NCBI GenBank assembly: GCA_963771075.1
Contig: CAVYSE010000011.1
Location: forward strand, 224,001-288,000
Reading direction: 5' to 3'
DNA length: 64,000 nt
DNA from: a candidate division FCPU426 bacterium
GTDB lineage: Bacteria; Oederibacteriota; Muellerivitia; Muellerivitales; Muellerivitaceae
Part shown: positions 57,053 to 64,000 of the stretch, piece after piece
Numbering within the stretch: position 1 is the stretch's first letter
How the letters are laid out: the number at the start of each line of letters is the position of its first letter
Program-made: the position numbers and the translations under genes
The notes under the pieces: generated by a model
What the model was told of the DNA's origin: nothing
Seen by the model: the letters and a program-made list of their open reading frames with translations, nothing else
The model's database searches: none

Positions 57053-57163
57053 ATGGACAGCCTATGGCTTCCGGCAGGAATCGTTTTGGTTCTCTTGGCC
57101 TTAAGCGTTTATTACCTGGTGCAGATCGAAAAGATAGAGCTGAAGAAGGAGTCGGACACTTAA
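57053..57163 (+). CDS. Unannotated 36 aa membrane micropeptide MDSLWLPAGIVLVLLALSVYYLVQIEKIELKKESDT
   Basis: SD GGGGAGGT; shares MD...LLALS[IV]YYL with the 52922 peptide; hairpin at 57195-57240 downstream. Confidence 0.72.
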   Translation: MDSLWLPAGIVLVLLALSVYYLVQIEKIELKKESDT

Positions 57164-57258
57164 AAAAATTTAAAACCAATTGATGCGTCAGGGGAGGCGC
57201 GAGGGAACGGAAATGTAGACCATTTCCTTCCCACGCGCCTTTGCTATTTAAAGGGGCG

Positions 57259-57400
57259 GTTAGGGATTTGTTAGTTTCAAAAAATCGAGCGTTAGCTTTT
57301 CGTTAAGTTTTAGTTAGGAAGGAATGGAAAAGGAAAAACGGGCCGATCATTCGTTAATTTTTTATTAACGAACGAACTTTTTTCGTTAGGACCAAGTTAG
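57259..57400 (+). repeat. Helically phased GTTA(G/A) array
   Basis: Copies at 57259, 57270, 57291, 57302, 57313, 57353, (ATTAA 57364), 57385, 57396. Confidence 0.65.
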
Positions 57401-57511
57401 GTTTCGGAGCGGGAAAAACAATTTAGTGTCATCTACACAAAAGTGCCCCGCGTGTTTCGCCCGTGAAAATAAATTTGGTTGTTAACAAAGCGTTTGTTAG
57501 GAAACGGAAAG

Positions 57512-57527
57512 TGGCACGAGGTTTGCT
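57512..57527 (+). promoter_or_regulatory. Sigma-54 (-24/-12) promoter
   Basis: TGGCAC-GAGGT-TTGCT matches the TGGCAC-N5-TTGCW consensus exactly, ~215 bp upstream of the porin gene. Confidence 0.75.
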
Positions 57528-57740
57528 TTTCGTAACGCCGAAAAGGGGCCGCCGAAAATTTGGCGCCTCATCGGAGTAGAAAATGGAAGGAAAATTTAAT
57601 AATTTTTTGAACCTCGTTTCCTGGGTTTTAGGAGAGATGTGGGAAACGTTGTTCTGAAGTCGAGCCGGGCCCTGAAAAATCGGAAAACCGGTTCGTAATT
57701 AATTTTGCTGGTCCCGGGAAACCGGGGAAAGGGGTGGGTT

Positions 57741-59366
57741 ATGAAAGCCGAAAGTTGGGTTCGGATCTTTAGAAAAGGAGCTGCTTTCCTGTTCGTGGTG
57801 TTGTTGCTCGCCGTGACAGGAAGGGCGCTTGCGGATAGCGCAACGCCGGTAGCAACTGCTGCGGCGACGCCGGCCGCTGCGCCATCAAGTCTGCAAGGGT
57901 TCATGAATTACGCGGACTTCACTTGGGTGAATGGGAATACGCGCGAACATGATTTCCCGCTGGACGGGAAGTTCTTTTCGCCCGAACTGCTGTTTGACAC
58001 TAATTACACCTACAATTTCGCCAATCCGAAAGACAACGTAGTCGACGGTTCCACTTGCGTGGAGCATTCAGGCCAGGTGGACGTCGAACACATCGGCGTC
58101 GGGGGTGATTTCCATATCCCGGTCGGGGACGGCGGGGATTACGTGAGAGCCCGGCTCATGACGGAATTCGGCAATTACGCCGAGCAGATCCCGCGCGATG
58201 ACGAAACTCCGGCCAAGGGCGCCTGGAATGTCATTCCGGGGGTACAATACCTTACGGAAGCCTACGGCGGCTATCACATCGCCATACCCGGAACGGATGG
58301 CATGAACATCGACATGGGCCAGTTCCCCTCTTACGTCGGGCTTTTCAGCTTTTACGATTCGGAAAACTGGTGCTACCAGGCTTCGTATGTTTCCTCAAAT
58401 ACGCCCTGGTTCTTCACGGGAATGCGCATCCAGTTTTTCCCCAATGATACCCTTAAGATCGAGCCCTGGCTGATCAACGGCTGGCAAACCTACGGGTCGT
58501 TCAACAACGGGGTTTATGGTCTTCCCATGGACTTGGGAATGGAAATCCGTTGGGCTCCGAATCCGAGCTTGGTGCTTATCTTCAACAACTACGCGGGAGC
58601 GGACAACCCGAATTCACCCGATTGCGTCAAGTACCACACGGATGACAGCGCCGTTGTCAAGTACATGGACGATCCGAAATCGGACGGCATCACTAAGATG
58701 GCCTTTTCCCTTACCTGCGACGCGGGGATGCAAACAGGGCCTATGTACGTAGGCTTTGCAAGCGGGGTTGGACCTGCTGGCACCACAAACGGTTCGGGTG
58801 GAGCCCTTTCCCCAACCGGCGGTGCTTATGTCGGGGCGGGCGCTAGTGGCAACGGCATTTTTGGAACCGGCGAATACGCCAATTCCCAAGGTTACGTGAA
58901 CGTGGGTCCTAACGGGCAAAACGGGGAAAGCTTCCTGGGGGCCATGTTCTACAACAGGATTTGGTTCGCCCACGATACCTGGGCCTTTACTTTCGGTGGC
59001 GGTGCGATGGAAAACCAAGGCGCTTATCTGGCCCTGCTTCCGCCGATTAACGGGGATACGGGGGCTAATTATTTCGGTGATACAAATGCCGTCGCGGCTT
59101 TCGGGGAATACCCGGGTGAGGCCTGGACAGCATGGGATTATGACTTTGGCCTGCAGTTCATGCCGGACCAGTACTTTACCGTCGACTTGGAATACACCCA
59201 CCGCGCTTCCAGTCTCAATTACTTCGTTGGGCCGGGCGGGATCACTTCCACGGATGGTTGGGGTCCCGGGGCGGGTACGGGTTCAACCCAAGTCAATGGG
59301 GGTTATTCACCGAACCTGGTTCAGACTGAGGACTTAATCATGAGCTCCATCATGGTGCACATATAA
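57741..59366 (+). CDS. Outer-membrane beta-barrel porin-like protein (BBP2/DUF1597-like)
   Basis: Signal peptide (ALA); ADFTWVNGN, EAYGGYH, SYVGLFSFY..ENW.YQ.SYVSSNTPWFF.GMRIQ, INGWQTYG. Confidence 0.75.
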   Translation: MKAESWVRIFRKGAAFLFVVLLLAVTGRALADSATPVATAAATPAAAPSSLQGFMNYADFTWVNGNTREHDFPLDGKFFSPELLFDTNYTYNFANPKDNVVDGSTCVEHSGQVDVEHIGVGGDFHIPVGDGGDYVRARLMTEFGNYAEQIPRDDETPAKGAWNVIPGVQYLTEAYGGYHIAIPGTDGMNIDMGQFPSYVGLFSFYDSENWCYQASYVSSNTPWFFTGMRIQFFPNDTLKIEPWLINGWQTYGSFNNGVYGLPMDLGMEIRWAPNPSLVLIFNNYAGADNPNSPDCVKYHTDDSAVVKYMDDPKSDGITKMAFSLTCDAGMQTGPMYVGFASGVGPAGTTNGSGGALSPTGGAYVGAGASGNGIFGTGEYANSQGYVNVGPNGQNGESFLGAMFYNRIWFAHDTWAFTFGGGAMENQGAYLALLPPINGDTGANYFGDTNAVAAFGEYPGEAWTAWDYDFGLQFMPDQYFTVDLEYTHRASSLNYFVGPGGITSTDGWGPGAGTGSTQVNGGYSPNLVQTEDLIMSSIMVHI

Positions 59367-59466
59367 CCTGGATTGCGGAAGGATGATTTAGCGGGAAAAG
59401 AACATGCGGCGATGGGCCTGGTTTCAGGGACCCGGCTCAACGCCCTCCTAACCAACTTTTGGGGAG

Positions 59467-59498
59467 AGGGACGGCCCGCCAAGCCGTCCCTTTTTTTT
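59467..59498 (+). terminator. Intrinsic terminator after the porin gene
   Basis: AGGGACGGC...GCCGTCCC followed by a T-run. Confidence 0.75.
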
Positions 59499-59549
59499 GG
59501 CCCGGTTTGAGTTGCTTGGTCCTTAAGCCGGGGGGGTGGAGTCCATGAA

Positions 59550-59585
59550 CTTTGATGAATTTTTAATGGGCACAGGTTGGATAAT
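59550..59585 (+). promoter_or_regulatory. Putative KdpE-type box plus -10 (copy 3) before kdpE copy 2
   Basis: CTTTGAT-GAAT-TTTTAAT, 12 nt, then GATAAT. Confidence 0.55.
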
Positions 59586-59612
59586 GATCCAGTCGATAAT
59601 GAGGTGAGAACA

Positions 59613-60332
59613 ATGCAAAACAAAAACGTGATTTTAATGATCGAGGATGAGCAACCCATCCGCCGTTTTTTGAAACCCTATCTGGAAAGCCATGACTTCA
59701 AGGTTTTGGAGGCCGGGACGGGGGAAGAGGGCCTCGCCATGGCCTCTTCCCACAAGCCGGACATCATCCTGCTTGATTTGGGCTTGCCGGACCTGGACGG
59801 CTTAGTCGTTCTCAAACGCTTGCGGGAATGGGCGTCGATTCCCATCATCATCCTGACCGCCCGGGGCAAGGAAAAAGAAAAGGTCGAGGGGTTGGACGCG
59901 GGCGCGGACGATTACCTGGCCAAGCCTTTTGATACAGAGGAACTGATGGCCCGGGTCAGGGTGGCTTTGCGCCACGTTATGCGGCTCAAACAGGGCGGCG
60001 AAGAAACGGTCTTCGAGACGCCGGATTTCAAGGTCGATATGGCGGCCCGAACCGTTCATGTGAGGGGAAAGGAAGTCCACCTCACACCCAATGAATACGA
60101 CTTATTGGTTTTGCTCATCCGCTATGTAGGCAAGGTAGTCACCCAAAAGCAGATTATGCAGGAGGTTTGGGGGCCCAACAGCACCGAACAGGGAACCTCC
60201 CTGCGGCTTTATATCCACCAATTGCGGCAGAAGATCGAGGCCAAGCCCGCCCACCCGAAATATATCCTGACCGAGCAGGGTGTGGGGTACCGGTTGAAAT
60301 ACGAGGAACCGTCCGTCTCGCCTTCCAAATAA
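59613..60332 (+). CDS. kdpE: KdpE response regulator (copy 2)
   Basis: Same motifs as copy 1; SD GAGGTG before ATG 59613. Confidence 0.92.
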   Translation: MQNKNVILMIEDEQPIRRFLKPYLESHDFKVLEAGTGEEGLAMASSHKPDIILLDLGLPDLDGLVVLKRLREWASIPIIILTARGKEKEKVEGLDAGADDYLAKPFDTEELMARVRVALRHVMRLKQGGEETVFETPDFKVDMAARTVHVRGKEVHLTPNEYDLLVLLIRYVGKVVTQKQIMQEVWGPNSTEQGTSLRLYIHQLRQKIEAKPAHPKYILTEQGVGYRLKYEEPSVSPSK

Positions 60333-60659
60333 GAAGCTCAAACAGAAACGCATTTAACCGCCAAGACACAAAGTTCGCCATGCCGACCTACAATAAAATA
60401 GTTTAAAGAGGTCGGTAGAGTAACGATTCCCACATTAGTTTTATGGTAAATCGGCACAAGGAAGAAAAAACGATAATTTTAGACTTTTTTCTGGTTTTCC
60501 TATCCTTATTTGTTCTAGGCGGTCTTGGCGTCTTGGTGGTGAAAAAATGTTTTCGTTTTGATTCTTGTTAGGGTCTCAAAGATTCTCCGGGCCTTTACAA
60601 CCCGGAATCCGATGGTATTTCAATGGTATTATTCCCGAAGCAAATCCTAGGTGGTTTTC

Positions 60660-63347
60660 ATGACTGATCAACGACCCGATCCCGATGCCCTCTTAAGGCG
60701 TTTCAGGGATGAGGAAGAAAGCAAAAACCGGGGAAAACTCAGGATATTTTTCGGTTATGCCCCGGGGGTGGGCAAAACCTACGCCATGCTCCAAGCCGCG
60801 CAGGCCAAGAAGGCCCAAGGCGGGGATGTGGTGGTGGGAATCGTGGAAACCCACGGCCACCCCGGGATGACGGCCCTCCTGGAGGGATTAGAGATCATCC
60901 CTCCCTTGGAAATTCATCAAGATAACCAACCCTGGAAGGAACTGGATTTGGACGGGGCCTTGAGCCGCAAGCCCCGGCTGTTATTGGTGGACGACCTGGC
61001 CACCATCAACGCGAAGGGGTCCCGCCACTTGAAGCGATGGCAGGATATCCAGGAGCTTCTTCTCAGTGGTATTAATGTCTATACCACCCTCAATGTCCAG
61101 CACCTGGAAAGCCTGAACGATATCATCAACCGGATCACGGGAACCATCGTTTGGGAAACCCTTCCGGACTCGGTCTTGGAAAAGGCGGATGAGGTGGAGC
61201 TGGTCGACCTTCCCCCCGACGATTTGATCGAGAGGCTCGCGGAAGGGAAGGTGGACATCTCGGCGCAAGACCCCCGGGCCATGCAAAATTTCTTCCAAAA
61301 AGCGAACCTGGTGGCCCTGCGGGAGATGACCTTCCGCATGGTCGCGGACCGCTTGAACGACCAGGTCCAGGCGTTAAGGCGGGACCAGGCGGCCATCCCG
61401 AACTGGGAAACCCAGGATCACCTGCTGGTCTGCGTGGGCCCTACCCTTTCCTCGGCGAACCTGGTGCGGACCGCCCACCGCATGGCCAAGGCCCTCCGGG
61501 TCGACTGGATCGCAGTCTACGTTGAAACACCGGCCCAAGCCCGGCAGGCGGAAGCCGAATCCCGGGCGATCCTGAATCTTCGCCTCGCCGAACAATTGGG
61601 AGGGGAAGCGGTGCTCTTGAGCGGGGTAGATTTCGCGGAGGAAGTCATCGACTTCGCCAAGGCCCGTAAAGTCTCGAAGATTTTGGTGGGCCAGCCGAGA
61701 GAAAGGCCCTGGTGGAAAATCCTCAGCCGATCGCCCGTGGACCAGCTTTTACACCAAGGCCCCGATATCGACATCTACGTCACCAAATGGGAGACACCCT
61801 TTACGCCCAAACCACCGGGCCGGGGGAAACCCTTGAAAATAAACTGGTTGGGATACGGCTTGGCCGCGGTTTGCACGGCCGTTTGCACCGGGCTGGCTTG
61901 GCTGATTTTCCCGCCGGAACTGAAAACCAACCTGGACCTGCCCAACGACACCATGGTCTTCCTCCTGGGCAGCCTGGCCTTCGCCGCCATGCAGGAAATC
62001 GGGCCTTCGATATTTTTTTCCATCCTGAGCGTGCTGTGCCTCGACTTCTTCTTCACCCCACCCCTCTTCGAGTTCGACGTATCCGATAACCGTTATATAT
62101 TGGTTTTTTTCGTCATGCTTTTCGTCTCCCTTTCCATTAACGGCCTGATGTTGAGGGTGAGGGCCCAGGCCCGCCTTTCCCGTATCCAGGAACGGCGCAC
62201 GACCGCGCTTTACGGCCTATCCCGGGACCTGGCTTCCAACCGGGGGACGGACGAGCTGCTCATGATCGCCATCAAGCATATCTCCGATTTCTTCGAGAGC
62301 TCGGTGGTGGCTCTCTTGCCCGACGAAAAGGGTGTCCTGAGGGCGCGAGGCGGGGACCTGGCAGACTTTAATTTATCCTCGAAGGAAATGGCGACCGCTC
62401 ACTGGACCTTCGACCTTGGCCAGATGGCCGGCCGGGGTACGGAAACCCTGCCGGGCGCCGAGGCCCTTTACCTGCCCCTCTTGGCCACGGGGGCGCCGGT
62501 GGGCGTGCTGGCCGTCAAGCCCCGCTTCACGGAAAAGTCCTTTATCCCCGAGCAACTTCATCTTTTGGAGGCCTTCGCCCACCAGACGGCCCTGGCCGTG
62601 GCCGGGGACGAGTTGGCGGAAAAGCAGAAACAAACCCAGGTCGAGATAGAAACGGAAAAGCTCCGGAGCTCGCTTCTCAGTTCCGTTTCCCACGACCTGC
62701 GAACCCCCCTGGCCACGATCAAGGGTTCCATTGGCGGATTGCTGGAAGCGGGGGAACAACTGGGGGCGGCGACCCGGCGGGATTTCCTCGAGAACATCCA
62801 CGATGAGGCCGACCGGCTGGAACGACTGGTCAATAACCTGCTGGAAATGACCAAACTGGAGTCGGGGGCCATCCAGGCGGTCAAGGTCGCCAATTATCCC
62901 GAGGAGGTCATTGGGTCGGCCATTTCACGGGTCGAAAAGAGGCTCGGGAACCGAACTCTCAATACCCGGATCCCGTCTGATCTCCCAACCGTCCCCATGG
63001 ACGGTCTTTTGATTGAGCAGGTTTTGGTGAACCTATTGGATAATGCCTTGAAGTACACCGCGTCCGAGGCTGCCATCGAAATTTCCACTTGGACCTGGAA
63101 AAATCAATGGTTCGTGAGGGTGTCCGACTCGGGCCCGGGGGTCAAAGAGGAAAACCTCCCGAAGTTGTTCGACAAGTTTTTCCGCGGGGACCAATCGGGC
63201 AAAAAAACAGGTGCCGGTTTAGGTTTGGCCATCTGCAAGGGTATTATTGATATTCATGGGGGTGAATTAAGGGCGGAAAACCGGCCCGGAGGCGGGTTGT
63301 CCTTTGAATTCTTTTTGCCCATCGCTAGCTCAAACCCAATCACCTAA
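60660..63347 (+). CDS. kdpD: KdpD sensor histidine kinase (copy 2, divergent N-terminal domain)
   Basis: RPDPD, PGVGKT, TTLNVQHLESLND, 4 TM, SHDLRTPL, HATPase. Confidence 0.93.
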   Translation: MTDQRPDPDALLRRFRDEEESKNRGKLRIFFGYAPGVGKTYAMLQAAQAKKAQGGDVVVGIVETHGHPGMTALLEGLEIIPPLEIHQDNQPWKELDLDGALSRKPRLLLVDDLATINAKGSRHLKRWQDIQELLLSGINVYTTLNVQHLESLNDIINRITGTIVWETLPDSVLEKADEVELVDLPPDDLIERLAEGKVDISAQDPRAMQNFFQKANLVALREMTFRMVADRLNDQVQALRRDQAAIPNWETQDHLLVCVGPTLSSANLVRTAHRMAKALRVDWIAVYVETPAQARQAEAESRAILNLRLAEQLGGEAVLLSGVDFAEEVIDFAKARKVSKILVGQPRERPWWKILSRSPVDQLLHQGPDIDIYVTKWETPFTPKPPGRGKPLKINWLGYGLAAVCTAVCTGLAWLIFPPELKTNLDLPNDTMVFLLGSLAFAAMQEIGPSIFFSILSVLCLDFFFTPPLFEFDVSDNRYILVFFVMLFVSLSINGLMLRVRAQARLSRIQERRTTALYGLSRDLASNRGTDELLMIAIKHISDFFESSVVALLPDEKGVLRARGGDLADFNLSSKEMATAHWTFDLGQMAGRGTETLPGAEALYLPLLATGAPVGVLAVKPRFTEKSFIPEQLHLLEAFAHQTALAVAGDELAEKQKQTQVEIETEKLRSSLLSSVSHDLRTPLATIKGSIGGLLEAGEQLGAATRRDFLENIHDEADRLERLVNNLLEMTKLESGAIQAVKVANYPEEVIGSAISRVEKRLGNRTLNTRIPSDLPTVPMDGLLIEQVLVNLLDNALKYTASEAAIEISTWTWKNQWFVRVSDSGPGVKEENLPKLFDKFFRGDQSGKKTGAGLGLAICKGIIDIHGGELRAENRPGGGLSFEFFLPIASSNPIT

Positions 63348-63370
63348 GACCTATGGAAGGGTCCTTTTGA

Positions 63371-64000
63371 ATGGAAAATTATTTTAAAAAATGGATATGG
63401 GTTATTTCGCTGTTTGCATGTATTTTTAAACCCGTGTTTGCCCAGGACATCTCAAATGTCCGGGTTCGCCTGGATTCTGGACAAAAACAAGTAGTTATTT
63501 CCTATGACCTAAGCGGATCAGGGGCCGTTGAAGGTGATTTAGTTCTTCAATTATCAAATGACCAGGGCAAGAGCTGGTCGGTGCTACCCCACGATGGATC
63601 GATCAGTGGAGATGTAGGAAGGGGAGTCCAATCCGGAATAGGCAAAAAAATTGTTTGGCAGGCGAGGGAAGACTTCAATGGATTAGTTCCCGATAATTTC
63701 ATGGCCCGATTATCCGTGGAAAAACTGGTTTCATCGGCCTCCTCGGGGCAATCTCCAGCGGAACTCCAACCCACTCTTGGCTTGGGGGAACAAGAAAAAG
63801 AAAATCAGGCCGAACTGGAAAAGAACCAGATTCTACCCCCGACCATGATTGGCAAGGATGGAGCCAACCGGATCTTGATCCCCGCCGGATATTTCATGAT
63901 GGGCTCGCCTGCCGGCAAGGGAGAGAAGAATGAGCAACCCCAGCACCGGGTTTGGATCAGCTCCTTTTATATGGATCGAAAGCTTGTAACTTTCGACCAG
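63371..64000 (+). CDS. Secreted formylglycine-generating-enzyme (SUMF1/EgtB/PvdO) domain protein, runs off the window edge
   Basis: Manual translation: MENYFKKWIW...FAQDISNVRV...VVISYDL...IPAGYFMMGS...EQPQHRVWISSFYMDRKLVTFDQ. Confidence 0.85.
   Translation, partial: MENYFKKWIWVISLFACIFKPVFAQDISNVRVRLDSGQKQVVISYDLSGSGAVEGDLVLQLSNDQGKSWSVLPHDGSISGDVGRGVQSGIGKKIVWQAREDFNGLVPDNFMARLSVEKLVSSASSGQSPAELQPTLGLGEQEKENQAELEKNQILPPTMIGKDGANRILIPAGYFMMGSPAGKGEKNEQPQHRVWISSFYMDRKLVTFDQ

Noticed and set aside
63371..64000. Diversity-generating retroelement target (FGE/C-type lectin fold)
   Set aside because: The gene is truncated, and no reverse transcriptase or TR/VR pair is visible; the 1.35 kb repeats lack adenine-specific mismatches.

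Overview
Bacterial chromosome segment, GC-rich in most coding regions. The host is probably a diderm, and the style of its secreted proteins suggests a candidate-phylum organism such as FCPU426 (inference only). Left to right: (1) a truncated aldo/keto reductase, a secreted VWA adhesin-like protein and a double-receiver regulator; (2) an AT-rich islet (~3.3-9.6 kb) downstream of tRNA-Asn, with an AbiEi/AbiEii type IV TA pair, two paralogous orphan genes (one amber-interrupted), a MORN/YwqK protein and an att-like repeat/IHF structure; (3) housekeeping genes including the block tRNA-Arg(ACG)-tadA-tRNA-Ala-tRNA-Ser-ffs-dnaX-ybaB-recR, a frameshifted metH and an IS3 stub; (4) a ~25 kb plant-polysaccharide locus with GH127, an AraC regulator and six secreted enzymes (PL4, GH28, GH51-like, GH12, GH30, CE4). 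Each of the six has a 460-570 aa Thr/Ser/Pro stalk and a shared C-terminal sorting-like domain ending KLL[IV]LR, and five share mosaic DNA blocks. (5) Two divergent KdpD/KdpE pairs with no kdpFABC in the window, surrounding a sigma-54-type promoter and porin gene, with two unannotated paralogous membrane micropeptides that share a promoter box; (6) a truncated FGE/SUMF1-domain gene. All family calls come from motif recognition by eye, not from database searches.
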